From positions 1,508-65,507 of IMG/VR virus record IMGVR_UViG_3300044701_003213: 64,000 bases of DNA; one strand, written 5' to 3'. Source of the stretch: a virus. Taxonomy: Duplodnaviria > Caudoviricetes. Shown here piece after piece: positions 55,020-63,861 of this stretch. Below the pieces are notes generated by a model. The model saw only the letters and a program-made list of their open reading frames with translations. It had not been told where the DNA came from and ran no database searches. Both the position numbers and the translations under genes were made by a program. Position 1 is the stretch's first letter. Each line of letters begins with the position of its first letter.

Positions 55020-56264
55020 ATGAATCCAGTGATCCAACTCCGTCCCCACCAGACCCGCGCTACTGCTGCTATGGAAAAGTATAGCAAAGGTCAGGTTATC
55101 GTTCCTACTGGCGGCGGCAAGACTCTGAAGATGATCTTCGACGCTATCCGCCAATTCAAGTCTGAAACTGCTCAGACCATTGTTATCGTTGCTCCTCGCA
55201 TCCTTCTTGCCGAGCAACTCTCCTCTGAGTTTCTTGAGCACATTGTTGATGTTGAGGTGATGCACGTTCACAGTGGTGAAACTCATCACTTCAGCACCAC
55301 TAAAGTGTCTGAAATTCAAGCTCACGATGCTGCTTGTAAGGTTGCAAATCGCCACCAACTTATTTTCACCACCTACAACTCTTTGAATCGCCTGCAGGCA
55401 GCACAAATTGATGTTGATACCATTTATTTCGATGAAGCACACAATTCAGTCCAACGTCACTTTTTCCCTGCTACGGAGTATTTCTCTTCTGCTTCTAACC
55501 GCTGCTATTTCTTCACTGCTACTCCTAAGCATTCTGCTACTATTTCCAAACCTGGGATGAACGATACTGCCGTTTATGGTCAGGTAATTTGTCAAGTTCC
55601 TGCTCCCGAACTTGTGCAGGGTGGTTTCATCATTCCCCCTAAAGTTGTGGTCAAGCAGATGCAACTTGCTAGCAACTTCACTAGTGTTGCTGCTCGTGAC
55701 TCTGTGAATCTTCTGGAGACTATCGACGACAATCAGTGCGACAAAGTTCTGGTCTGCGCTAAGTCTACCAAGAATATTGTTAACCTCATCTCTGAGTCTG
55801 ATTTCATCACTCAACTGCAGTTCCGTGGTTACTCTTACATGTATATTACAGCAAAGACTGGTGCTGTGATTGATGGTCAGAAGGTCAATCGTGAAGTGTT
55901 CTTCGACACTCTCAGCGACTGGGGTAAGGATGACTCTAAAAAGTTTGTTGTTCTTCACCACAGCATCCTTTCTGAAGGCATCAATGTGTCTGGTCTCAAT
56001 GCTGTGATCTTTATGCGTTCGATGGACTACATCGGCATCTCTCAAACTATCGGTCGTGTGATTCGTCTGCACAAAGATGATGCTGCTGGACTTCGCTCTG
56101 GTACTATCACTCCTGGTGCTCTCGATCAGTACACCAAATCGTTTGGTCTTGTATGTGTCCCTGTGTTCGACAAGGTAGGTATCAGCACTGCCCAGAAGAT
56201 TCAGAACGTCGTTGATATTGTCTTCGAGCAGGGCGATGCAGCAGTTTCCGTTGTGAAGCGGTGA
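55020..56264 (+). CDS. SF2 DEAH-box helicase (ResIII-like)
   Basis: QLRPHQ, PTGGGKT, DEAH, TAT, SEGINV, QTIGRVIR. Confidence 0.9.
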   Translation: MNPVIQLRPHQTRATAAMEKYSKGQVIVPTGGGKTLKMIFDAIRQFKSETAQTIVIVAPRILLAEQLSSEFLEHIVDVEVMHVHSGETHHFSTTKVSEIQAHDAACKVANRHQLIFTTYNSLNRLQAAQIDVDTIYFDEAHNSVQRHFFPATEYFSSASNRCYFFTATPKHSATISKPGMNDTAVYGQVICQVPAPELVQGGFIIPPKVVVKQMQLASNFTSVAARDSVNLLETIDDNQCDKVLVCAKSTKNIVNLISESDFITQLQFRGYSYMYITAKTGAVIDGQKVNREVFFDTLSDWGKDDSKKFVVLHHSILSEGINVSGLNAVIFMRSMDYIGISQTIGRVIRLHKDDAAGLRSGTITPGALDQYTKSFGLVCVPVFDKVGISTAQKIQNVVDIVFEQGDAAVSVVKR

Positions 56265-56390
56265 CCCCCTGGGGTCTCACCCTAGACCCACTGAGAACCC
56301 AGTCTTGGCCTAGGGTGAAAACCCGATTTTTTTGTAATTTCACCCGACAGACCCTAGTGGTCCTCCACCCCAAATAAAAATGAGGATTTT

Positions 56391-56552
56391 ATGAAAGAAG
56401 GATTTATCGTGGGGCAAGGCACCTACGCTGCTATTCCCTACGGGAACCAACTTATGGTAATATATAATGGTCAACAGTTAAAAGTCTGTAGAACTGAAAA
56501 GTCTGCACGGGACTTTATTGCTAAGCACAAGAAGAATCCAAACATTATATGA
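56391..56552 (+). CDS. Small hypothetical protein (53 aa)
   Basis: GAGG RBS; manual translation YAAIPYGNQLMVIYNGQQLKVCRT. Confidence 0.65.
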   Translation: MKEGFIVGQGTYAAIPYGNQLMVIYNGQQLKVCRTEKSARDFIAKHKKNPNII

Positions 56553-57514
56553 GCGTACAAATTTTACAGAAACCCGTAGAAGAAGTTGGTAGTATTGATC
56601 AAACTTTTGATCTGATCTACATGGATCCTCCCTTTGGATTGCAGAGGGATTTTACCATGCAAGAGGAAGATGGTGAAGAAAAGGGATTCTCAGATACCTG
56701 GAGTTCTTTCGACGATTATATCGATTGGTATGCGGGTGTAATCAACAACTGTTGGGCAAAACTCAACAAAGATGGGTGGCTTTATGCTCACAACAATTTC
56801 ATTGGAAATGCTCTGGTTCTGTCCAAGGTAGATCCTAAGATTAGAGATGCATTCTACACTAACATCTCATGGAAACGCAGCGGTCCTAAGAACAACATCA
56901 AAAACGGTTGGGGTAATATTGTAGATTCGATTGTTGTTTTCAGGAAAGGTAGTCCATACTTTGAGGTTGAGTATACCTCTCTTGACCCAGTGTATGCTGC
57001 TAACAGCTTTAACAATAAGGATGAGGTTGGTTACTATGCCTTAGCAAAGGTTACAGGCGAAAAGAGTCGCCCCTGTGCTCGGTTTGAGTACAAAGGATAC
57101 AATCCTCAGTATGGATTCCGTATAACAAAGGAAAAACTTGAAAATTTGGACGAGCAGGGTCTATTGCACTTCGGTAGCAATAACATTTACAAAAAAATCT
57201 ATTCTCATGAGTCTAAGGGCGTCCCTGTACAAAATCTATGGGATGATGTATACTTTATCAGTAGATCTGAGAAGAATAAGCGAAAGTATCCCACACAAAA
57301 GCCACTGAAACTATTAGAACGTATTATAAAGTCATCTTGTCCAGAGGGTGGTTGGGTGCTTGACCCCTTCTGTGGATCTGGGACTACAGCAATTTCTTCA
57401 TTAAATCTAAATAGAAACTGCATCAGCTTGGATGTAAATCCAGATGCTATAAAAATAGCGGAAGATTCAATCAATGAGTTAAACAATCCGCTAACAAAAG
57501 TTCTTTATAGTTAA
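56549..57514 (+). CDS. N6-adenine/N4-cytosine DNA methyltransferase (beta class)
   Basis: DLIYMDPPF; YPTQKP..LLERII; VLDPFCGSGTT. Confidence 0.93.
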   Translation: MSVQILQKPVEEVGSIDQTFDLIYMDPPFGLQRDFTMQEEDGEEKGFSDTWSSFDDYIDWYAGVINNCWAKLNKDGWLYAHNNFIGNALVLSKVDPKIRDAFYTNISWKRSGPKNNIKNGWGNIVDSIVVFRKGSPYFEVEYTSLDPVYAANSFNNKDEVGYYALAKVTGEKSRPCARFEYKGYNPQYGFRITKEKLENLDEQGLLHFGSNNIYKKIYSHESKGVPVQNLWDDVYFISRSEKNKRKYPTQKPLKLLERIIKSSCPEGGWVLDPFCGSGTTAISSLNLNRNCISLDVNPDAIKIAEDSINELNNPLTKVLYS

Positions 57515-57515
57515 T

Positions 57516-58160
57516 ATGAAAAACAAAAAATACCTCCTATATTTCCTTGGGTGTATTCTATTTTCATTAGGAGCAACATTCTTTATTGCATCTAATCTTG
57601 GAACAAATCCATTAGATGTATTCACAACTGGTATTCGTAAACAATTTGGATTATTAATTGGAACAACTCAATCTTTATTTGCGATTGTATGTCTAATTAT
57701 TTGGACGATCATTTACAAGTTTAAACGTATTCCACCAATTTCTACATTTCTAACATTCTTTCTTTGTGGGTATCTCATTGATTTCTTCCTATTTCTCACT
57801 GGAGAACAAACACCACTTAATTCATGGGTAGAACTTTGTATTGCATTGTTCTTATGTACTGAAGCGAGTGCATTGATTATCATGAGTGGATTTGGTATCC
57901 GAGCAATGGATCTTGTAGCGATTGCATTAACTGATAAAACAGGATTACCTTTCTGGGTATACAAAGGTATCGCAGAAGTTTTATTGTTCACTGTTGGTTG
58001 GGCATTAGGTGGAATGTTTGGTATTGGTACGATTGCGTTCTTATTCTTTGTTGGATGGATGATACAACCATTCATTTATGTAAATCAAAGACTAGGTGTA
58101 CCAAACTATGGTCCAGTGGGACTATTAAACAAAGTTAAAGAGGAATCAATTAAAGTTTGA
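57516..58160 (+). CDS. YczE/YitT-like integral membrane protein
   Basis: About six TM helices; LGTNPLDVFTTG and G..GIGT motifs. Confidence 0.7.
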   Translation: MKNKKYLLYFLGCILFSLGATFFIASNLGTNPLDVFTTGIRKQFGLLIGTTQSLFAIVCLIIWTIIYKFKRIPPISTFLTFFLCGYLIDFFLFLTGEQTPLNSWVELCIALFLCTEASALIIMSGFGIRAMDLVAIALTDKTGLPFWVYKGIAEVLLFTVGWALGGMFGIGTIAFLFFVGWMIQPFIYVNQRLGVPNYGPVGLLNKVKEESIKV

Positions 58161-58164
58161 TCAA

Positions 58165-58311
58165 ATGACTAATCTAACTGTGAACAATCTCTCATATGAA
58201 GAGTTAGTATTACTTCAGGAAATTATGCATTATATTAATACTGAAGGAATCTATCTTGATTATGATTTTAAGACCTTTGATTCTTTATTTGAGAAGATAA
58301 TGATCTCTTGA
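58165..58311 (+). CDS. Small hypothetical protein (48 aa)
   Basis: Manual translation MTNLTVNNLSYEEL..FDSLFEKIM. Confidence 0.55.
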   Translation: MTNLTVNNLSYEELVLLQEIMHYINTEGIYLDYDFKTFDSLFEKIMIS

Positions 58312-58315
58312 TAAT

Positions 58316-58372
58316 GGACAGTTGATCAACTGTCCACTCTTCTCTGAAATGGTCCCAGAACCTCTGTATAAT
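58316..58372 (+). promoter_or_regulatory. Repeated early-promoter element, copy 4
   Basis: GGACAGTTGATCAACTGTCC perfect palindrome; TATAAT at 58367. Confidence 0.7.
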
Positions 58373-58395
58373 AACAGAGTTAAATCAAAACGAAC

Positions 58396-58533
58396 ATGAG
58401 CGAAGAAGCAGCAGACCTTTTGAACTTCTACCTCTATGAGTCTGAAACATCTAAAGAATTCTGGGATGATATTGAATCTTCTGCTGCTAAGTATGAAGTA
58501 ACAGTTGATTACTATCTCGCAGAATTTGTATGA
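58396..58533 (+). CDS. Small acidic hypothetical protein (45 aa)
   Basis: Manual translation ..AAKYEVTVDYYLAEFV. Confidence 0.6.
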   Translation: MSEEAADLLNFYLYESETSKEFWDDIESSAAKYEVTVDYYLAEFV

Positions 58534-58637
58534 CCTTTATTGTTGGATTTGCACTTGGAGTGCTTGTAACAATTGCATATTCTCTTCTTTCGATTGCATC
58601 AGATGCAGATGATCACCAGGAAAATTTAGATGACTGA
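58530..58637 (+). CDS. Small membrane peptide (35 aa)
   Basis: ATGA overlap; MTFIVGFALGVLVTIAYSLL. Confidence 0.5.
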   Translation: MTFIVGFALGVLVTIAYSLLSIASDADDHQENLDD

Positions 58638-58800
58638 TGAAGTTAAACTGATTTTAGCACTTCAGCAGATTGATAACCTTACATCTCTAATTGAAGGAAA
58701 TGAGTACCAACATTTTTTATATTCACATTTAATTTCCGTTAGAGTAGAACTGCAGAGGCAGTTGACAAACACTAAACAAACATTTATTATTGAGGAGTAA
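58630..58800 (+). CDS. Small hypothetical protein (56 aa)
   Basis: Manual translation KLILALQQIDNL..VELQRQLT; contains TTGACA-N17-TATTAT. Confidence 0.6.
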   Translation: MTDEVKLILALQQIDNLTSLIEGNEYQHFLYSHLISVRVELQRQLTNTKQTFIIEE

Positions 58801-58813
58801 TTTGACTAAAGAA

Positions 58814-59053
58814 ATGAAAAAAATCTACATCGTTGATCATTATCTTCCATTTCCCACATCAGAATATGGTGGTCTTTGGGTTGTTCTTGCGGATGATGAT
58901 GATGAATGCTTTGATCTGATCGCTGATTATGATGGTTCAGCCGAATATAATCAACAGCACTTCGCAACTCTAAAGGAGAACATTATCAAGGCTAGAATTT
59001 TCTCTGTAGAGAGTACCGAAGAATCCTATGTTGTAGACTCATTTACTACCTGA
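58814..59053 (+). CDS. Hypothetical protein
   Basis: YIVDHYLPFPTSEYGGLW. Confidence 0.7.
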   Translation: MKKIYIVDHYLPFPTSEYGGLWVVLADDDDECFDLIADYDGSAEYNQQHFATLKENIIKARIFSVESTEESYVVDSFTT

Positions 59054-59337
59054 TGAAAGTTCCTAAACTTCCATACAAACCTCCAAAAGGATATTGGTAT
59101 GAAGCTGAACAATTCAAACGTGGTGTTATTCGAATTATGCTCTGTACTGATAGAAAATTCGATTATAATAACGGAAAACCAACAAAAACAATTCACTCCT
59201 TTTACAAACTAAAAACTGAAGAGTTTTATTCCCCTGTTAACTCTACGACGATCGGTGAAGTTGTAGATATAAACGACACTCGACCATGGACAACCATGCC
59301 GATTAAAATTAGTCCTTTGATGAAATTTTTCCAATGA
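59053..59337 (+). CDS. Hypothetical protein
   Basis: PYKPPKGY, TRPWTTMP. Confidence 0.7.
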   Translation: MKVPKLPYKPPKGYWYEAEQFKRGVIRIMLCTDRKFDYNNGKPTKTIHSFYKLKTEEFYSPVNSTTIGEVVDINDTRPWTTMPIKISPLMKFFQ

Positions 59338-59516
59338 ATCAACGTAGTTATGAACTTTGCATTCAAGTCATTGAAGAGTATTATTGCGATAGAATGAGTC
59401 AATTAGTAGATCAAGGAAGGATTGAAGATTCTGACTCTATTTTTAGGGAATTTGTATTGGATTCTGAAAATCCAGATGAATGGACCTTTGCAGAAGATTT
59501 GACCAATGTTCACTGA
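59334..59516 (+). CDS. Hypothetical protein
   Basis: ATGA overlap; 60 aa. Confidence 0.6.
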   Translation: MNQRSYELCIQVIEEYYCDRMSQLVDQGRIEDSDSIFREFVLDSENPDEWTFAEDLTNVH

Positions 59517-59667
59517 AGGAATGAAAGTCTCGTATAAAAATATGCGAGGAGTAATTGACTTCATTGATGAACAATATCTTGTGATACATGTTTCTGCTAT
59601 AGATAATAGGATGGGAGCTAGAATGTTAGTCTACAAGTCTGATCAGAAAAAAATAAAGATCCTGTAG
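59506..59667 (+). CDS. Small hypothetical protein (53 aa)
   Basis: Manual translation MFTEGMKVSYKNMRGVIDFI. Confidence 0.55.
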   Translation: MFTEGMKVSYKNMRGVIDFIDEQYLVIHVSAIDNRMGARMLVYKSDQKKIKIL

Positions 59668-59746
59668 ACGCTTTAATAACTGGCACACACTCATTTCCGA
59701 TCCACCCAACCATCCCTTATAATACTAAGGTAATCGAGAGACGCCC
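59666..59746 (+). promoter_or_regulatory. Repeated early-promoter element, copy 5
   Basis: AGACG-N10-TGGCA; TATAAT at 59718; leader identical to copy 6. Confidence 0.7.
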
Positions 59747-59747
59747 C

Positions 59748-59996
59748 ATGCAACTGTCTTCTATCTCCCAAATCGACGGCAAACCCTCCATGACTGTTGA
59801 TTACTTTCCTGTTAAGGACAGCACCCAATTTATGTTCAAGGTGCTCAAGTTCCGTGGGGTCGATGCTATGTCCTACAAGTGCATCCCCATGCGTGAGTTC
59901 CACCGCGAGATGGATGAGCGTATTGGTATGGGTTGGGAGGTGACTGGTTTCAACACTGAGATCAAGAATGTTAATCCTATGATGGGTGCTTGCTGA
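59748..59996 (+). CDS. Early hypothetical protein
   Basis: First gene after the promoter element; C-rich codon usage. Confidence 0.7.
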   Translation: MQLSSISQIDGKPSMTVDYFPVKDSTQFMFKVLKFRGVDAMSYKCIPMREFHREMDERIGMGWEVTGFNTEIKNVNPMMGAC

Positions 59997-60093
59997 TGTC
60001 TATCATACTGCCCTTCCTGATAATTTCTGCAGGTGTTGGTTGGGCATGTTTTTGTCTTTTTTCTAACTTTTTCAACTACCTACCAAAAGAATA

Positions 60094-60501
60094 ATGTCTA
60101 CAAGAAGCAGAATCGGAATTCAACTCTCTGATAATTCGATCCTCTCTGTTTATCATCATTATGATGGTTATCCTGAGTGGTTGGGTCGTATTCTTAAAAC
60201 TCACTACAACGTCAGAGATAAAGTTGAGGAACTAATTGATGGTGGAGATATGACTTCATGTTGGACTGATAATCGTTGGGATGATAGTGCAGATGGATCT
60301 TATGGTCCACAATACTACAGTCAGCGTGGTGAAGATTGTCCTCCCAGACATGATGATAATATCTACGACTATCTTGCTGATGGAGAAGAGTATGCATATC
60401 TATACACCTTAAGAGAAGGTTGGGTATGTTACGACCGCAAAGATTATGGAAATAAATATCCCGAAATTGTTGAAATCTCAGACTCTCCTCTCCACGTTTG
60501 A
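60094..60501 (+). CDS. Conserved phage protein
   Basis: MSTRSRIGI..SVYHHYDGYP.WLG..EEYAYL. Confidence 0.75.
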   Translation: MSTRSRIGIQLSDNSILSVYHHYDGYPEWLGRILKTHYNVRDKVEELIDGGDMTSCWTDNRWDDSADGSYGPQYYSQRGEDCPPRHDDNIYDYLADGEEYAYLYTLREGWVCYDRKDYGNKYPEIVEISDSPLHV

Positions 60502-60503
60502 TT

Positions 60504-60674
60504 ATGAACATCAATCTTCCTGCAAAGTACATTTTTGCATTCACAACTTTAATATCTCTGTTTTTTGGGTACAATGCATGGTTGATCCAACGTGATTTTG
60601 AAATGTTCAATGCATATGATAAAGTATGTGCTGAACTACCTAAACCACATCCTGATTGTAGATACGCAAAATGA
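60504..60674 (+). CDS. Small membrane protein (56 aa)
   Basis: Manual translation; TM segment and C..LP.PHPDC. Confidence 0.55.
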   Translation: MNINLPAKYIFAFTTLISLFFGYNAWLIQRDFEMFNAYDKVCAELPKPHPDCRYAK

Positions 60675-61051
60675 AAAAAATTCTAGCTTTGATTGCTATT
60701 CTTTCTTTTTCGCCCGCATTAGCAAATACACAACAAACATATCGTCCTTTCCGATACGAAACTCCTTGTCTTCTTGAGGCAGGTATTCAAACTTATCCTG
60801 ATATCTGTGTTGTTATTGAAACTCGTGAAAAAGGTGGAGCACTTCGCACTCGTAACATTTATTCTAACAAACATGGTCTGACTATTAAAGGACGATTTGA
60901 TAAAGAAAAAGGTTATATGACTTGGGACTCTCACAATAAGTATGAATACAAATGGGAGTATAAAATTGGTGGAACTGGTGGTACTGATGGTCTTGGTGCG
61001 TGGACTTATGTAATGCCTGGTTTTCTTATTCAAAATGTTAGTTGGGATTGA
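60671..61051 (+). CDS. Exported hypothetical protein
   Basis: Signal peptide MKKILALIAILSFSPALA. Confidence 0.7.
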   Translation: MKKILALIAILSFSPALANTQQTYRPFRYETPCLLEAGIQTYPDICVVIETREKGGALRTRNIYSNKHGLTIKGRFDKEKGYMTWDSHNKYEYKWEYKIGGTGGTDGLGAWTYVMPGFLIQNVSWD

Positions 61052-61056
61052 TTTAT

Positions 61057-61371
61057 ATGGTTGAAACTTTGATTGCTGGTCTTGCTTGTGGTATTGCTAC
61101 ATACTATGGAATTGGAGATGGTTTCCATGGACAAAAAACCGCCAATGGTGAACGGTTTGATGCTTATCGTTGGACTGCAGCTCATCCTTATCTTCCTATG
61201 GGTACGAGGATTAGGGTAACTAATCAAGATAACATGAAGCAAGTAATTGTCCGTGTAAACGATCGGGGCCCTTTTTCTCATGCTGATCTGGATCTCTCTT
61301 ATGCTGCTTTTGCTCACATTGAATCTGCACGTAAAGGAAACGCCACAGTCTGCTGGAGAGTAATTGGATGA
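61057..61371 (+). CDS. RlpA-like double-psi beta-barrel protein (putative lytic transglycosylase)
   Basis: ATYYG..FHG.KTANGERF..TAAH..LPMGT..VRVNDRGPF..LDLSYAAF. Confidence 0.9.
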   Translation: MVETLIAGLACGIATYYGIGDGFHGQKTANGERFDAYRWTAAHPYLPMGTRIRVTNQDNMKQVIVRVNDRGPFSHADLDLSYAAFAHIESARKGNATVCWRVIG

Positions 61372-61535
61372 CTACAATTATTTCTTCTTGGATTTTAGCA
61401 ACTTGTTTAGATGGAAATATAATCTGCGAGCGTAATATGAAAGTCCCTGCTATCAAGCATTATGAACCAGGAAAAGCATGTTATATTGAAGGTGTATTTT
61501 ACCAATCTTGTCCACAAATGAATTATAAAAAATGA
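61368..61535 (+). CDS. Small Cys-containing protein (55 aa)
   Basis: ATGA overlaps at both ends; YEPGKACYIEGVFYQSC. Confidence 0.55.
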   Translation: MTTIISSWILATCLDGNIICERNMKVPAIKHYEPGKACYIEGVFYQSCPQMNYKK

Positions 61536-61723
61536 AAACTTCTACTGCTGTTGGTGTAATCTTTGTTGCGATTGTTCTTGTAACAGTCAGTATCTTATTT
61601 GAAGCATGGTTACTTGGTCTGATTCTATCTTGGTTTAATGTATCCTTGACTTTCTGGCAGAACCTTGCTATTGTGGTTCTTGCTAATATGATTTTTAAAA
61701 ATACTGGAGGATCTTCAAAATGA
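61532..61723 (+). CDS. Small membrane protein
   Basis: Two hydrophobic segments; LTFWQ. Confidence 0.65.
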   Translation: MKTSTAVGVIFVAIVLVTVSILFEAWLLGLILSWFNVSLTFWQNLAIVVLANMIFKNTGGSSK

Positions 61724-62127
61724 CTCGTTACAATGATCCTAACACTCCTGTTGCTATTGTTCTTGGTGGTGGATTTGTAGTTGTTGTTGCTCTACTATTC
61801 TTTGGTGGACCACTATACAATGTATGGCAACAATCTCTTGCTGGTAAAGCAGAACTTCAGAAGGCAGAATATACTCGCCAAGTAGCAGTTCTGGAAGCAC
61901 AAGCAAAAAAAGATAGTGCTCAACAACTTGCTGATGCTGAAATCATCCGTGCTACTGGTGTTGCTAAAGCAAACCAAATCATCGGTAATAGTCTCAAAGA
62001 CAACCGTGAGTATCTTCAGTATCTGTATATCACTGGTCTTGAAGACGGTAGCAAGAATGGTAATGTAACCATCTATGTACCTACCGAAGGTGGTATGCCT
62101 GTTCCCACACTACAGATGAACAAGTGA
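61720..62127 (+). CDS. Membrane protein with SPFH/band-7-like coiled-coil tail
   Basis: TM helix; AEIIRA.GVAKANQII..L..YLQY, IYVPTEGGMP. Confidence 0.65.
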   Translation: MTRYNDPNTPVAIVLGGGFVVVVALLFFGGPLYNVWQQSLAGKAELQKAEYTRQVAVLEAQAKKDSAQQLADAEIIRATGVAKANQIIGNSLKDNREYLQYLYITGLEDGSKNGNVTIYVPTEGGMPVPTLQMNK

Positions 62128-62405
62128 AACTAATCACATTCAAACATCGCTACGATTACGGTCATGATTGGTATGTTCAAGTCCTTCACACAAAAAACTG
62201 GGCATTGTTTCAGGGTTCTGTGAGTTGGAATGATTATGCCAGTTGGCCATATCTCCAAATTAAATCTGGATGTGGTGGAGTATTAAGTGTAATATTCTGG
62301 GTATATAAATTTGGGATTGATCTTGGATTCTTTGAACGTACATGGAATTGGGATTATCTTGAGGATGTAAAAGATTTTGATTTTGTTAAATCGGATGAAT
62401 GCTAA
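62124..62405 (+). CDS. Hypothetical protein
   Basis: GTGA overlap; Trp-rich. Confidence 0.65.
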   Translation: MKLITFKHRYDYGHDWYVQVLHTKNWALFQGSVSWNDYASWPYLQIKSGCGGVLSVIFWVYKFGIDLGFFERTWNWDYLEDVKDFDFVKSDEC

Positions 62406-62797
62406 TGTACAGCACACCAGTTAGATCAACAGCACCAAAAAAGAATAATAGAACCACCCTCAACTGGTGGGAATACTGGATTGGTCATTGTTGGATGACT
62501 GGATGGCAAACTATTCGTATCAACTTTAGAGTATGGGCAGATCTGATGGGATCATCTTATGTAGATTATTCTCTACTTAAAGATGTTGATCCAGAACAAG
62601 AATGTATTGAATGGTTCTGGGTTGGATTGAATGATGATGATGTTTATCCTAGAGAATTCCTTGAAGGGTTGATGGAAATGATGGATCGTATTGATCGTGG
62701 TGAAGAGAAACTCATTCCACTTGATGAGGATTTCTTTGATAGGTTGAAAGAACTTACTGATGGTGTAGAATTAAATGACGATTGGGACACCCAATGA
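62405..62797 (+). CDS. Hypothetical protein
   Basis: WWEYWIGHCWMTGWQ. Confidence 0.7.
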   Translation: MYSTPVRSTAPKKNNRTTLNWWEYWIGHCWMTGWQTIRINFRVWADLMGSSYVDYSLLKDVDPEQECIEWFWVGLNDDDVYPREFLEGLMEMMDRIDRGEEKLIPLDEDFFDRLKELTDGVELNDDWDTQ

Positions 62798-62864
62798 ACT
62801 GGCACACTCGCTGTTGTGGTGAGTGTTTTTTGTCCTATAATACTAAGGTAATCGAGAGACGCCT
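62785..62864 (+). promoter_or_regulatory. Repeated early-promoter element, copy 6
   Basis: GGACA-N10-TGGCA; hairpin plus T-run; TATAAT at 62836. Confidence 0.7.
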
Positions 62865-62867
62865 CCC

Positions 62868-63062
62868 ATGGTCTTCCACTACACTGCTGGCCGCGGTAAG
62901 CAAGGTATCCTAACCTTAGTTCCTTCTATGTCTCTCTCCAACCCTACCTACGTTGCAGTGGCGACTGTAGAAGGTAAAAGTATGGTTGTGAGTAATCCTC
63001 GTCCATTGGATGAGGCAATGGTGTGGGCTCGCCAATGGTGTGGTTCTTTTTCTATTCTTTGA
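62868..63062 (+). CDS. Early hypothetical protein
   Basis: First gene after the promoter element. Confidence 0.65.
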   Translation: MVFHYTAGRGKQGILTLVPSMSLSNPTYVAVATVEGKSMVVSNPRPLDEAMVWARQWCGSFSIL

Positions 63063-63070
63063 ACATCAGT

Positions 63071-63265
63071 ATGACTTACGACCAACTCTACGATCACATT
63101 ACCTTTTATGTTGATCAAGAACTTGATACCAAGCGTAAATCGTGTTTAATTCTTGGTGCATTTATGGAGTTTATTCTTGACTGCCAAGATGAAGGTGTTG
63201 ATGCTAATGAGATTGATTTGACTTATTTTGTGGGTGAAAAACTTGATGAACTGGAGGGCAAATGA
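63071..63265 (+). CDS. Hypothetical acidic protein
   Basis: MTYDQLYDHI..KSCLILGAFMEFILD. Confidence 0.6.
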   Translation: MTYDQLYDHITFYVDQELDTKRKSCLILGAFMEFILDCQDEGVDANEIDLTYFVGEKLDELEGK

Positions 63266-63522
63266 GATTTCGTGATATTGAGTTCCGTTGGAGTAAATGC
63301 AACAACAAGTATGAACTCGTCAAGTGGTATCAATCTAATGGTTCGGGACAAGAGAACTGTTATGTGATTGCCTTCTTCAATAAAGGTAAAGAATGCTACG
63401 ATATGGAAACTGTAGGTGATAGGTTCTTTGAGGATAAAGATGCTTGGGTTGTTGGTAAGTATGGTTTGGAGTTTCTAAATGAAGTCTTTGAGATTGAAAG
63501 GATTGAAGAGGAACTGAAATAG
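63262..63522 (+). CDS. Hypothetical protein
   Basis: GGAGG RBS; MRFRDIEFRWS. Confidence 0.7.
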   Translation: MRFRDIEFRWSKCNNKYELVKWYQSNGSGQENCYVIAFFNKGKECYDMETVGDRFFEDKDAWVVGKYGLEFLNEVFEIERIEEELK

Positions 63523-63578
63523 GACACTTGAAGAACTGGCACAGGGCATCTCCACAGGTGCCCTTTTTGCCTTATAAT
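63522..63578 (+). promoter_or_regulatory. Repeated early-promoter element, copy 7
   Basis: GGACA-N10-TGGCA; agggca..tgccct-T-run hairpin; TATAAT at 63573. Confidence 0.7.
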
Positions 63579-63600
63579 GACTTCATAAGCAACCAAACCG

Positions 63601-63861
63601 ATGGACTACGAAACTGAAATCATAGATGGACGCAAAGCAGTTGTCCGTCATTTCTTTGAACCACACGAAATCCAAGTTGGTTCTCGTTGGGCACGGGCAG
63701 ATGGTTCCAAAGGTTATGTGACCGTTGAGGGTTTCAATTCTTATGGAGAAACAGACCCTTGGCATGAAGTTGTGTATTCTTGGGAAGAAAATGGTGTGAA
63801 GAAAATCTGGCAAAAAGAAAATTTTATTTTTCAGTGTCTTTATTGTTTGATTGTAGAATGA
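63601..63861 (+). CDS. Early hypothetical protein
   Basis: First gene after the promoter element. Confidence 0.65.
   Translation: MDYETEIIDGRKAVVRHFFEPHEIQVGSRWARADGSKGYVTVEGFNSYGETDPWHEVVYSWEENGVKKIWQKENFIFQCLYCLIVE

Noticed and set aside
55011-56072. Long minus-strand ORFs (143 and 208 aa) opposite the helicase
   Set aside because: Antisense shadows of a strongly codon-biased gene; no motifs or expression signals
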